Below, piece after piece: positions 1 through 13,157 of a stretch of 64,000 nt of DNA. The stretch covers positions 16,182,001-16,246,000 of the forward strand of contig NC_043009.1 of assembly GCF_006345805.1 (NCBI RefSeq). The letters run 5' to 3'. The notes below the pieces were generated by a model. The model worked only from the letters and a program-made list of their open reading frames with translations. It did no database searches and had not been told where the DNA came from. Made by a program: the position numbers and the translations under genes. This DNA is from Octopus sinensis (lineage: Eukaryota). How positions within the stretch are numbered: position 1 is the first letter of the stretch; each line of letters begins with the position of its first letter.

Positions 1-239
1 GCTTTCAAATCTTGACTTTATGAGAGGGAAGGATAAATTACATATTGTTCTTTCGACCGCTTGGATTGCTTACACATGTCTAAAATGCTTTTAAACATAG
101 GTCTGTCTACTTGATTAGGAGCGATCTGAGGCTATACAAGTAGGTATGACCTAAATTTTTACCAATTTAAACGCAAGTTTTAGTGACGGAGAACGGAATC
201 AGTTGATTATTACAATGTAGAGGGTCCGTATGTTATTTG

Positions 240-585
240 GGGACACGAAATTATCAGTACATTGCTTCAAACCAATTAAAAGGTTTCAAGAGGGAAGTAT
301 ACCGATGTATTGCAAATAAAAAGCTAACTCAAGAAATCAGAAGACATGCATTTGTGCAGTCTCCAAACAATATCAGGTGCGGGAGTGGACTATCAGAACT
401 GTGGCGCACAAGGACATTCAATACATATTTTATGTAAGGAAGAGAGGCCAATTCAGATTTTCAAGGGCACAGGAAAACCGTCTGATTCGTGCTAAGCAGT
501 TACTTAACAAGATTAGAAACCCTCACGAAAGGACATGCTTTGGTTCTTTTTGATGCAAAAGACTTCGACCAAGACCAAATAGGTA
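240..585 (+). mobile_element. Decayed Tc1/mariner (maT/DD37D-like) transposase fragment, N-terminal half
   Basis: Translation EWTIRTVAHKDIQYIFYVRKRGQF-RFSRAQENRLIRAKQLLNKIRNP..FDAKDFDQDQ matches the recalled HTH-to-first-Asp region of DD37D-type transposases. Frameshifts present; boundaries approximate. Confidence 0.6.
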
Positions 586-589
586 TTTC

Positions 590-748
590 TTCTGTCGCTA
601 CGTTCTGGGTTCAAATTTCACCGAGATCGGCTTTGCCTTTCATCTTTTCAAGGTTGATAAATTAAATACCAATGAAACACTGGAGTCGATGTAATTAACT
701 GGTCCCCTCCCACCCAAATTTGAGGCCTTATACCTCCAGTAGAAATGA
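590..748 (+). mobile_element. SINE family C copy (gttcaaatt..ccgaggtcgactttgcctttcatcctttc core)
   Basis: Same core recurs at about 974, 18715, 21030, 23078, 30575, 38095 and 51805; ends in an ATT tail. Confidence 0.65.
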
Positions 749-881
749 TTATTATTATTTTTTTTTTATTATTATTATTATTATATTATTATTATTATTA
801 TTATTATTATTGTTACTACTACTACTACTATTATTATCATTATCATTATTGTTATTATCATCATCATTATTATTATTATTA

Positions 882-966
<85 letters not shown>

Positions 967-973
967 CATTATA
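748..973. repeat. (ATT)n microsatellite
   Basis: Direct reading; source of the poly-L/Y/I ORFs. Confidence 0.95.
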
Positions 974-1120
974 TTCTAAGTTAAAATTCCGCCGAGGTCG
1001 ACTTTACCTTTCGTCCTTTCGCGGTCGATAAAACAAGTACCAGTCGGATACTGACGCCGATGTAATTGATTACTTGGCCCCTCCCCTGAAGTTGCTGACC
1101 TTGTGCCAAAATTTGAAATC
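974..1120 (+). mobile_element. SINE family C copy (5' truncated)
   Basis: ccgccgaggtcgactttacctttcgtcctttc core plus 3' tail. Confidence 0.65.
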
Positions 1121-1423
1121 ATTATTATTCATTTTGTTCATCATGCACAAGTGCGCGTGTGCTCATCGTTATTATACTTATTCAAGTTTAGAAAAACTGA
1201 AGCATGTTTTTAACAAGTCCCGAGCATATTGAACTAATCTAGGCATTTTATCTAGTTGTTTTAAGAGGTGTTTCTTTATATCGTATAAGACAGGAAAATA
1301 TTTTAAACATATGGGATAACTATACTGATATAAGGCATACACGGAGAATGGGTTGAGGTTGATTCCTTTGGGATAACAATGTATTTGTATAATGCATTTG
1401 TATAAGAAATAATTAGTACTTAC

Positions 1424-1477
1424 CATGTTGACTACTAACCAGTTATATGGATACGACATCATACTTAGTAATAGAGC
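1424..1477 (-). CDS. Internal exon (54 nt, phase 0/0) of an iGluR/IR-like receptor amino-terminal domain
   Basis: Acceptor ttttccaactcatttcag, donor ATG/gtaagt. Encodes ALLLSMMSYPYNWLVVNM and is in phase with the 2251-2432 exon. Confidence 0.6.
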
Positions 1478-2250
1478 CTGAAATGAGTTGGAAAACAAAA
1501 TAAACTATCAGTAATACAGCAAAACGAACAACTAGCAATAATATTTGCGTTAAAAATATTTTCACATTCAAAAACGTATCCATGTTTTATGACAAAGTAA
1601 TGTAGAGACGGCATATTGCATGTTTTATGTAGTTTTACATTTAAAAATACTACCTAAAATTTTATAGAATGTCTAAATAGCAACTGCATCATTTATACCT
1701 TTCCAGGTAATATTTTCCCTTGATAAAATTATATATTTAATGTGTACATTAACTAATTCATATAAAATATTAAGTAATTTGTAATTTTAGGAAAAATCTT
1801 TTGTCGTTTTACCGAAACTGAATCTTCCATGCGGGTTATAATAAATATATAGTGAAATTTAAAAATTGGCGTAAGATACGTATTTAGAGAAAATATTACG
1901 GCGAAATAACCTCTTACAATAGCTTGTTAGATTTCCACTATAGATTTACATGAACGTGATAGTTTGGCGTTGTCTTTTCTACTCTACAGGGGAGATATGA
2001 ATCCATCGAAAGAAATTTGTCGATAGTTACATAACATCTTTCATTAATACCTTTCGGTATTTATGATCGAATAAATGAAATTGTCCTTTGAAAATTAAAT
2101 ATTGTTAAAGACCCAGAGTAATGAAAAACACTTGACTTCTCATCGACTCAGTGAATATGAGGGTTATGCGGAGAGATATATAACAAATTTTTAACATAAA
2201 TTTCGCAAAGAGTGTTGTGGTGAAATTAGGAATAACAGTTAGTTCTTTAC

Positions 2251-2432
2251 CTGTCTAAGTATTCGTGTAACAGTGACAGAGTCACAGATGACAATATATT
2301 GATTAAAGAATTGAGAACGAGTTGTCTTCAGGTAGCGTATTATCTCAGGTATACTACGTTTGTCTGACGTGATTTTGGCAGCCTTTACATCCAGCTGGTA
2401 AATATGAATAAGTTTCTCAACCAAAAGAAAGC
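2251..2432 (-). CDS. Internal exon (182 nt, phase 1/0) of an iGluR/IR-like receptor amino-terminal (ANF_receptor-like) domain
   Basis: Acceptor ttcttttacttgtag, donor CAG/gtaaag. 60 open codons FLLVEKLIHIYQLDVKAAKITSDKRSIPEIIRYLKTTRSQFFNQYIVICDSVTVTRILRQ resemble the iGluR ATD pattern 'L..ik...nfivdC.....iL.QA..lgMm...Y.w'. Family call is from recalled motifs. Confidence 0.7.
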
Positions 2433-4539
2433 CTACAAGTAAAAGAAGATCAATAATGATAATGAACATTATTCAGTGTAATTAAATACAATTATAATTT
2501 AATTGAACACAACAATTTTGTTGTGATCATAAAAACTTACCACAATGAGCAGTAACTGACATTTATAAAGTTGTAATGTATGATAAAACGCAAATGAGCA
2601 TTCAAAATTCATTAGTGTAATGAAACAAAGGTTGTTAACTACATACAAGGTTAACTTCGCGCGGCTTTTCATTTAAATTACCAGAATTATTTATTATTTC
2701 CAGAAATATAAGAGGTGGATCAGATTATGGGAGAGTTTCATTGTAGTTATTCGACTGACTGACGGGGTTGCTAAATTTCATATCCTAAATACTGAGGACA
2801 ATATTCGACTATAAAGATGAGATAGCCATAGGTATCGTATTAGTTTGAGTTGAAACATACATGACAGAACGTGCAACGGGGTTTCATAACAAAATCAATT
2901 AAAGCATCACCGAATTATTTCAACAGTTTACAAACATATCCTTGCCGACCATACTACCTGAAGTCCTCTCGGGCTGCTACATAACACTAAGCAGTGAGTC
3001 ACCCTAATTTAAATGAATTCTTAATCCAACATCACAAAGAGTTGTAAGATTTAACCAAACAAAATGTTTTCCTAAAACTAAAAGCAAAAAATAAACGGGT
3101 GAGTCGTTCGCAAACGAGGCTTCTTTCTTGCCGAATTGCGAAATTTAGCTAACTTACATATGTATCACTTGCGGCCATCCATATATAATATCTTCACAGC
3201 TGAACACTCAGTTGCTATAACCGTAAGATTCACACAAAAGTCATTCTGAACATCAAACAATAATTTAGAATTTATTTAACATCAGTAGTTTAAAGTTAGT
3301 TGTTTTATCGTGTAAATATCCGAAAAACATTCATTAGTCTACGAAGTGACGAGATTGTATTTTTTCTATCACTCAACTTTTCTATTTGTGAAAACATTAT
3401 TGAATCAGGCGCATAACAGAATAACAGAACTTAACTAAATAAATTTCCTATAAAATATATTTTGTCCTGTTTTTAGTTGTTATTTTTACAGTATATTTTT
3501 TGCGATAGAAAAACTTTTTTGTTTAAAGGCTAAGGAAATAAATCGATTCAGACAGGTGGCATTTCATGCAAATGACAGTCTACGTTCCTGAAATAAAGAA
3601 CAAATACAAATCTGTCTAGATCAGGGTTATATTATAATTATCTACAGGTGAGTCGAAGTTGAAACAAACATTAGTAGGATTCGGTAAATAGTATACATCA
3701 ACGGAGTTAATTATACCAGATTCTGATTTCAAATAACATCAAAACAACTTAAATTATCAAATTTTCTACTCTGATGCACAATGTCAAGAATTGCAGAGTA
3801 TCATTCACTGAATAGTTTATAAACATGGTTATTGAAGAATTATAGACTTGTAAGTGAGAAAACGACCATAGTTTAATCGTCTCCGAATGGTATATGCGAG
3901 AATTTATGCTGGCGTATGAGCTCAGAACTGTGAGTGTGCTGGAGTTTGTGTAAGTTTATGGTAACTAATAACTCTCTGAAATCAGCATACCCAGGAAAAG
4001 CTGAAGCATTCAGTTTGTAACGAAAGAGCTTGCTGAAGGCACGGCAAGATGCCTTGACGCCACGTACCAGCTATCCGGTTACAGCAACCAACGTTGTAGA
4101 GCAACAAGACCGCACGGCAAAAAATAGGGATCTGTAACATCTGGTACAAGACTGGCTGAACAGAGGACCAAGTCATGTGTTTACTCACACGATTACAATG
4201 ACTTCGTAACGCAGCAAAACTCCAGGAACAACCTATGTCGAAGCTTGTCTAATCCAGAAAAGCAGAGACACATTAATTTAACATAAATTTTTTATTAATG
4301 TTTTCAATTACATATTTCTAAGATCCTGAACGATAAAAAATAACAAATATAAACATCAGATAATTGGAAACACTTCAAAATAACTTTGAAACTTGTACAG
4401 CTTAATAAAACTAAAATGACGACAGTTTCTAGATGGTCGCTTATCCAATCAAATCTCTCATAACCTTCATCTACTGTTCTGAAAAATACATGACACACAA
4501 GTTAATATATATTTGGATACGCTCTTTAAATATAGCTGG

Positions 4540-6050
4540 AATGTCTTTGATTATACGTCTGCCCATCATTGCCGACTTAGGGATACAAAACAACATCAGC
4601 TGGATTTATTTATTCGGTCTAAGTGCCTATGAAGCAGTTATGGACTACATAATTTTACCTTTCTATTCCTCTACTCGTCTCCTATAGGCAAGGTTTTACC
4701 CTTTAATTATATGCTCGGTAGCAGTTCAAGGAGATTACGAAAAGCCTTTTTTTCTTTCATTTTCATCTTATGGTTTTCTTTCTTCCTATTATTATATTCA
4801 CAGTTGTTCATGTGAGGGAAGGTCATTGGTTTTCTGAACCATTTTGTTTTATCATGATCTTATCTTGCATATAATCTAGCTACTTCTTGTTTACCGGTTT
4901 GGGGTTCATCTATTTGTTTTGTATTTTCTAATGTTGCTTTATTAGAAATCAGATATGTTGGTAAAAACAAATCTGTAGCACTAATCCCAAATGAAATCAA
5001 TACAGAAGCATCAGCTTATTGGTTGTTGCAACTAAAAGCTAAGACAACATCCTACTTCTATGAATACGCATCTAGATATATCTAATGCAAAGAATTATTC
5101 AATATGTTTTTCGACCAGAAATATCAACATCATAGCAGATTCTTGCGACAGGAAGGTTTACTGAAAGCAGCAAATATTAGAACCTAAAAACCATTATATC
5201 AGTTGTAGAGTTTAACAAAACTCTTTTCAATCTACCAAGTCTATTGATGCAAATTCTCAACGCATCTGGTATCCTAAACACCATCAGAGGTGCAATCAAC
5301 AATCTTCACAAAGATACTGCTACTCTGATGTGATACAGATTTGATTGAGAGCCTGGCTGTAATATTATAAGGTGACACTCCACTTTTGCATCTTTCCTGT
5401 TCATTGTGACCTTGGGTAACCCAATACCAATTGCCACATTAAATGCAGAAAAAGGGTATTCTTCAGCTATTATAACTGATACAGATTATGCGGTTGACAT
5501 TACTCATACTTCTAATATTATGAAAGTAATTTAACTAATACGTGAAGGAGTTGAGGACGCTGCAATATAGATTGGACTAGGGTCAATTGCAACAAAGCTA
5601 GCGTTATGGCTATCAATCAAACAAAAGAACATTGTATATCATAAAATTGTGCAAAATTGAAATTTGTAAATTATTTGAAATATCTGAGAGCAGGAAAGAA
5701 AACTCGCGGAGTCACAGCACAGTAAGAACTGAATAAATAATAGGAGGCAAACTTATCTAATGACATTAAAATACAGTTTTTTAGTGCTACTGTTTAAAAC
5801 GTAATAATATATGAAGCTGAATACATACTAAAGTAATATAAAATGCACTAGATGGAAGATAAGGAAAGCAGTGAACGTTAGGAATCTTTTGACAAAGAAA
5901 GGATGAACTTGTACGTCAACTACTATAATGGGAACCAGTACAATGTAAAAGAGGCAGCGGACGTTGCCGAAAACATGTATAATAGTTGTTGCGGAAGACA
6001 AAATATTAGGCATGGAAGCATTTGGACAGAATGTTTTCTACTTTCATTAA
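4540..6050 (+). mobile_element. Highly decayed RTE-clade LINE (APE end, RT, C-terminus)
   Basis: Remnant motifs: AVMDYII (~QIDYIL) at ~4640; GILNTIRGAINNLHKDT and L*GDT..FLFIVTL at ~5270-5415; DYAVDI (~YADD) at ~5485; KDELVRQLL*WEPVQCKRGSGR at ~5900. Confidence 0.6.
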
Positions 6051-6181
6051 ATTTCTGCTTTAATTTATACATATTTCTACAATTAGTTGGTGTCAGTTAG
6101 GGGATTCGCATTCATGCATAATTTCTAATACATACACATACGCGCGCATTCACGCTCATACATATATATATGTATGTATGT

Positions 6182-6242
<61 letters not shown>

Positions 6243-6243
6243 A

Positions 6244-6644
<401 letters not shown>

Positions 6645-7327
6645 TATATATATATGATTATTTTTCTATTGACTTATGGTTAGTGTTGTTTCACTTCTTA
6701 CTAATAATACTTATTTGCAACCATAATAATTGTATTTAATTATGTATAAAGTCAATTCCACCTTCTTCATTAAAATGATAATTCATATTGGGAAATTATT
6801 TAGATACTAATAATGTTTATACAATATTTAGGTATAAAAATATTTTTGCGTGTATCTACATGTATTATAACTTTAAATTTTGTATTTTATAGAATGTTTT
6901 ATGAATGCATATTAATACTGTTTTTCCATATACATACCTAATACAATTTCATATTTCCTAATCTACAATACTTAATTAGATTAATCGTATCCTACATTAT
7001 AACATATTCGTTATTTACTTATATTTTTGAATTTTTAGTCAAAATCAAACTATATTTTGTAAACTCTGTCTCTATAAATATATGAATTTCCTCTCTTTTC
7101 TACCAAAACTGTCTGATAACTATATCTTGAAATCTTCATGGATCTCCGTTATCATCTTGAAAGACTGTTTTATTGATTTATGTTGATTTTGTTTCCACTG
7201 TATTCCATATTTTGTATACAATACAATATTTACATTATATATTGTTCATATTTTCTTCTTGATATCAATCCCTAAATTTCATAAATATTGTCTCCAATTC
7301 CTTTTATTTAGTTTTATTCTGTAATTA

Positions 7328-7381
<54 letters not shown>

Positions 7382-7435
7382 GTCGTCGTCGTCGTCGTCG
7401 TCATTATTATTATTATTATATTATTATTATTATTA

Positions 7436-7473
<38 letters not shown>

Positions 7474-7482
7474 TATTATTAT

Positions 7483-8000
7483 TTTCTTTGCACAGCTTCT
7501 AAAGCTGGAGATGTACTACCGTGTCAGCTGTTCACTACCAGTGAACTAAGGTACCATCCCTTATTTTTTAGCAATATCTGGAGTATTTGAGCGGTTCCAA
7601 GCATTGCTGTTTCCTGCAAGTGCTCCACCCTTATTGCAGTCCCTATTTGTTCCATGTACTTCTCAAGATTTTTATTCACTATTCCCAGGGCTCCGACAAT
7701 TATTGGTACTACTGCTACCTTTTTCATCGACCACAACTGCTTAACCTCCCAAGCTAACCTGTCATATCTTTCGACTTTTCTTTCTTCCTTATCACAGACC
7801 TTGTTGTCAGCTGGGCATACTATACCTATGATCCAGCATAGTTTGGTTTATTTCTCAATTAAGACAATGTCTGGCTTCCTATTCTCTATTTCATGGTCGC
7901 GCTGAAGCATAAACTCTTACCGGATCTTTGCATTATCATTTTCGATGATACCTTCGTATAAACATTTTGCTCTGTCAAGTCCATACTTGTTGCAAAGTGC
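7483..8000 (-). mobile_element. 3' fragment of an R4/Dong-clade non-LTR retrotransposon (restriction-like endonuclease), inserted in (TAA)n
   Basis: Minus-strand translation includes IENDNAKI, ENRKPDIVLIEK, ERKVERYDRLAWEVKQLWSMKKVAVVPIIVGALG..TAMLGTAQIL (PD..K RLE motif). TAA repeats on both sides. Confidence 0.8.
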
Positions 8001-8055
8001 TATTATTATTATTATTATTATTATTATTTATTATTATTATTATTATTATTATCAT

Positions 8056-8371
8056 TATTACATCTGCCTTAGCGAAATCGGAGGTATTGTTTTCAGTCGT
8101 GCTTGTTTGTTTGTATATTTGTCCGTGAGCAAGATATCTGGATGGATTCGGATGAAACTTTCAGGAATGTTTGGCTTCTGCATTATTTTTCCTGTTTTTA
8201 TTTTTTATTTTTTACTTAATTTTCGAGAGCGGTCGGATTCATTTTTAGTATCCGCGTTTGTGAGAGCAGTCAAGTTTATTTCAGATATTCTCATTTTAAA
8301 AATCATCTCCACCTAATCGTTGAGAGAACGTTGGTTTTGTCTTAGCGGGAGTTTGCGCTCTCTGAGTGCTC

Positions 8372-8402
<31 letters not shown>

Positions 8403-8769
8403 ATTATTATATTATTATTATTATTATTTTATTATTATTATTATTATTATCATTATTACATCTGCCTTAGCGAAATCGGAGGTATTGTTTTCAGTCGTGC
8501 TTGTTTGTTTGTATATTTGTCCGTGAGCAAGATATCTGGATGGATTCGGATGAAACTTTCAGGAATGTTTGGCTTCTGCATTATTTTTCCTGTTTTTATT
8601 TTTTATTTTTTACTTAATTTTCGAGAGCGGTCGGATTCATTTTTAGTATCCGCGTTTGTGAGAGCAGTCAAGTTTATTTCAGATATTCTCATTTTAAAAA
8701 TCATCTCCACCTAATCGTTGAGAGAACGTTGGTTTTGTCTTAGCGGGAGTTTGCGCTCTCTGAGTGCTC

Positions 8770-8773
<4 letters not shown>
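8056..8773 (+). mobile_element. Head-to-tail dimer (398-bp period) of a ~320-bp Helentron-associated (HINE-like) element
   Basis: Two apparently identical copies (8056-8375, 8454-8773) separated by ATT repeats. Each has degenerate subterminal IRs and a 3' stem-loop gcgctc-tct-gagtgc. Confidence 0.55.
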
Positions 8774-8847
<74 letters not shown>

Positions 8848-9245
8848 TTTCTCTATGTTTACAATCTTTTATTTTCTAGCTTTTTAGTAATGAATACATT
8901 TCTAATCTTTAATTGTTCTAATAATATCTACTAGTTACTTTTAAATTATACTACTAAAATTCCTTTCCATTTATTAGAAAATCTTCTTATTAATTTATTA
9001 TTGTTTTTTTTCTTCCATAATCTTTTAAAATTTTGACTTTGCGTTCTTATAACGTTGCGTTGAGAATTTAGTATTTAACAAAAACTTTTTTCACCTAAAG
9101 GCTTAAATTCTACATTATTTTGAAGCATTTTTTTTGCATTAATGCGGACATGTAAGTAATTTATTTATTATTAAATATAATAATATAAACTATTTACTTT
9201 TTAAAAGTTACAAAGCAATCTGTCGTGATATTAGAGTTTTCATTT

Positions 9246-9643
9246 TACTCTTTTACTTGTTTCAGTCATTTGACTGCGGCCATGCTGGAGCACCGTCTTT
9301 AATCGAGCAACTCGACCCCGGGACTTATTCTTTTGTAAGCCCAGTACTTATTCTATCGGTCTCTTTTGCCGAACCGCTAAGTAACGGGGACATAAACACA
9401 CCAGCATCGGTTGTGAAGCAATTCTAGGGGGACAAACACATACACACAAACACACACACGCATATATATATATACATATATACGACGGGCTTCTTTCAGT
9501 TTCCATCTACCAAATCCACTCACAAGTCTTTGGTCGGCCCGAGGCTATAGTAGAAGACACTTTCCCAAGGTTCCACGCAGTGGGACTGAACCCGGAACCA
9601 TGTGGCTGGTAAGCAAGCTACTTACCACACAGCCACTCCTGCG
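9246..9643 (-). mobile_element. SINE family A, full length (tRNA-like head, CR1-like tail)
   Basis: Matches copies at 46165, 55615 and 58913; head with A/B boxes, tail ggcggtgctccagcatggccgcagtcaaatgactgaaacaagtaaaagag. Confidence 0.9.
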
Positions 9644-9694
9644 TCCTTTGTTAAAAAAATTTCATCAAACTATTTCTCTGTCGTTTATGGCTTG

Positions 9695-9728
<34 letters not shown>

Positions 9729-10149
9729 TTCAATACCTTGACTTTAAAACAGGTTGATGAGTCAGTCAAAATGTCTGAAAAGATATATTGTGATAATTAA
9801 TCCCTTAACGTTTGGTATTTATATTCTGTTTATGCTGCCAAGATCCTCCTTTGTTTCCGCAGGTTTGTTTAATTAATTATAAGTAATATATTGGTTACAG
9901 ACTACCTACAAATATTTACAGTTATGTCGCATTACAATATAACTAGCATGATTTATCTGTGCTCCCCTATAGAAATAAATAAAATCAATACAATTATAGC
10001 TTCGTTAATAACTATTTAAAAAACAATTACACCATTGCAACTGTCTGATACAAAAATGCTTTTTGAAGTATAATAATGGGTTGTCTGATCTGTGATTTTT
10101 CTGTTGATCAACGATCTATTTTTGTCCTATTTTCATTGAATTAATTTCC

Positions 10150-10500
10150 TTTACAATAACCATGAACTAATTGACAGGAAGCGGTACAGGGAGCTGCGGA
10201 CTGATAATGGCTATAAGTCAATATTGTGGTGTTATCAGAAGAAAATTGACTTCAGATTCGAATACACCACCCGAAAAGTAACGTAGGTCAAACGCTTTCA
10301 TCTACGTTAGTATCTATAGCAGAAACGTTTTGTAGGGCAATGTAATGAGAGAATTCAATTTCCCATCTATTGATTGAGTTGCTAATATCATAAAATAACA
10401 TCATACCAGTTAGTGGATATCCGAAACGCCTACACGAAATCATGAGAAATCTATCTACCGAAAAGGAAGGAATTTATAAAATATCAGAACAAAACACGAA
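10150..10500 (+). mobile_element. Possible very old mariner transposase remnant
   Basis: Weak PHELID and RLHEIMR..KRKE..QNKTR similarities only. Confidence 0.25.
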
Positions 10501-10884
10501 GGTAAGTCCTACACAGTATTGAAACGTAACAAAAATTAAAAGGGCCATTATCATCAATGCATTTAAGTGAAGGGTTTTGTTAATAAACATATTAAACTTC
10601 TAATTTGGTTATTATAATCTGCTTGAAGTATAGATGAAATATTGCCATCAGCTACTGCATAAACTTTTACACTAAATCTAAATGGTATGCTATATCCACA
10701 ACTACTTCGAATGAATCCCAACAAATATAAATTGCTTGCGTTGCTATCACTTAAACTTTGCTTAATAGGAAGGAGACATATACCTTATTTTAGCAACGAT
10801 TCGAATGTTTACTATATGTGGTTACAATATGTTGCTGGATGTTTTCACCTCCATCAACATATTATACCTTGAGAATTAACTTAC

Positions 10885-10921
10885 CCGCTATCCAAATAAA
10901 CTCCTGTTCTTTAGAAGTAAG
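10885..10921 (-). CDS. Candidate 37-nt exon (phase 0/1), LTSKEQEFIWIA(G)
   Basis: Strong acceptor attttttcactgttcag and consensus donor G/gtaagt; one open frame, phase-compatible with the 2432 acceptor. No homology proof. Confidence 0.3.
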
Positions 10922-12939
10922 CTGAACAGTGAAAAAATATCACGTTGTATTCGACCTGACTAGACCCTAATTTGCAATGTCACATTCGCACTGAAATTTA
11001 GTTTGTTTCCTGTTGCTTCTTCTCCATGACGTTACTGGAGAAACGCTGCTCATTCTTATCACCCTCGTCATCATCATCAAATATCATTGTTGACTTCAAG
11101 GAAAATGAAATTGGATGTTATGAAATGCCTTATTTTCTCAAGAATGTTGACGATGTAAGTAAATTAAAATTGCTATATCAAGAGCAAATTAAAACTGAGT
11201 ATGGTATACGATTCAGTGTTGCCACGTGTCAGTCCTGTTTGAGATGTATTTACACCAAACATAGATTTCATTGTGGCAGAAAAATTCATACGCAACTCTT
11301 TTATTACAGTGATGATAATTTTAATGATTTTTACTGAAATCCAATATATGTGATTTCATATTACAAACATCTTCGTCTTCCACTACATTGATTACAGCAA
11401 TCTATTATTTCCAATTTGGATGTAAGAAGGCGAAAGACGTATGTATTACATTTTATAAAATGTTTTCTATGCAAGTTAAACCATTTTCTTAATGGTTTCT
11501 ATGGAAGTCACATTCGAACAGACAGCTCTGATCTATATGACTCATCTGCATGCTTCGCAAGAGATTTATCGAATAAATTCCACCAAGGTCTCTTCTCATT
11601 TTTCTGAATCACAAAGACTGGAATTTAATATCACGTGACCGCCCTTACCAACTATAAATGTTTACTATATAGTTTTAAGATTTAAAGTTATTTCTCTTCC
11701 AGTCTTATTTAATCCTTTAAGTCTTAGCTCTTTTAGCTCGTAGCAAACCAATAGAATTTATGTTTCTTGCTTTAAATAAATGTATGTTTGAAAATAAAAA
11801 GGTATTAACAAAATTTAAAAATGTATATGAAACTTTTACTAGAAATTCTTAGCTTTGATATCAGCGTTCTGAAATTTATAACAACTGCACCATATACAGC
11901 ATTAGATAAACTGGAAGTTATAATGGTATATCCAATGCAGAAAGAGATATTGATTTACAATACATCAGAGTAGCCAGTGCTATATGTTGCTAACCTTGGA
12001 TAAACCTGAACCAAAATACCTTCCATTATTAACTACATTCTTTCATATGAGAAATATTCCACCCGATAAACTTGCCACAATGAATTAAGCCAATAAATAT
12101 AAAGATTCCGAGAAATATAAGTTATAAAACCGAAGCTAAATTATTGAAGCAGAACCAAAAATATATTTTCAGAATATTCTAAAGTAAATAAAAACTTATG
12201 ACTTTTAGCTTCCATGCAGACACTGTGGGTCTATTCGAAGTGAAATTACTTCAACTAGGAATTGAAACGAAATCGCGGTTGTAAATTTCTTTAAGATTAA
12301 CAACAAAAACAGGACACATGCTAGGGATACTTTGATTTCCAGGAAATATAATCAAAGAATATCTACTCCATTCACATAAATTTTTGGATGATGTTGAAGG
12401 TTGAATTATTAACAGTTCTTCACTGTTATGCATTTTATCAATTCTTGTGTATAATTCAGGTAAAGTTTAAGGAGCAACGAACTGAATTTAAAATGTCACT
12501 TAGAACACAGCAATATCATAACACGATATTATGAATATTAAATGCAATTTGCTCTATAACCTTGATAAAGTTTATAAGTCTGCATTTCAAAATACCTGCT
12601 CTCGTGCGATTATTTATGAAATGGCAGGTCTAGTTACTAAGATTATATCCATTATTTCAGAAGAAATTGGCTCCATATTTCTGTACATTATCGTTATGAT
12701 ATGAAATTTGCAGTTGTATCTTTACTGAATAAAATTTATTTTCACTACACACACCATTGTGAGATTTTCGTTTTCGATAATTTGCCTTGGAGAAGACTAT
12801 ATTTACTTCATGGCACTGTATTACGTTTGTGTTTAGCCTGCTTTTAAATTTAACTCGCTCTTTTCTTTCAGTAGTGATTTGATACAATATGCAGTTCAAC
12901 TAGTAATGCAAAGAGCATGACTAGTTTCAATATTCTTTC

Positions 12940-12998
<59 letters not shown>

Positions 12999-13105
12999 AT
13001 ATATATATATATATATAGTTGGGGTTATAAGAGATAATAGTGTCATTGAGACCCAAAGCTGTCAGATAATGCTAACTATTCTTGACTTAACTATTCTCTC
13101 ACACC

Positions 13106-13157
13106 GTCTCCGATGAAGGGATATAATTAATAAATATCCTCGAAACACCTGTAAGAC
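13106..13157 (+). ncRNA. Decayed minimal type I hammerhead motif
   Basis: gtct-CCGATGA-agggatat..atatcctc-GAAA-cacct-GTA-agac. U4C change, A-C mismatch at the base of stem II, stem III one base from palindrome ACAGCTGT. Confidence 0.45.

Noticed and set aside
3982-4188. Minus-strand ORF ending at a gtatgc donor
   Set aside because: Phase 0 is incompatible with the 2432 acceptor; no homology; may be the 5' part of the adjacent RTE.
4468-4481. Micro-exon TVDEG (also DDDDEG at 11063-11093 and TAHCG at 2541-2555) as the exon preceding 2432
   Set aside because: Mutually exclusive candidates with weak donors or acceptors; cannot be chosen without RNA data.
11026-11607. Selenoprotein reading of the TGA-interrupted + frame
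   Set aside because: No recognisable selenoprotein motif, and no SECIS seen downstream.
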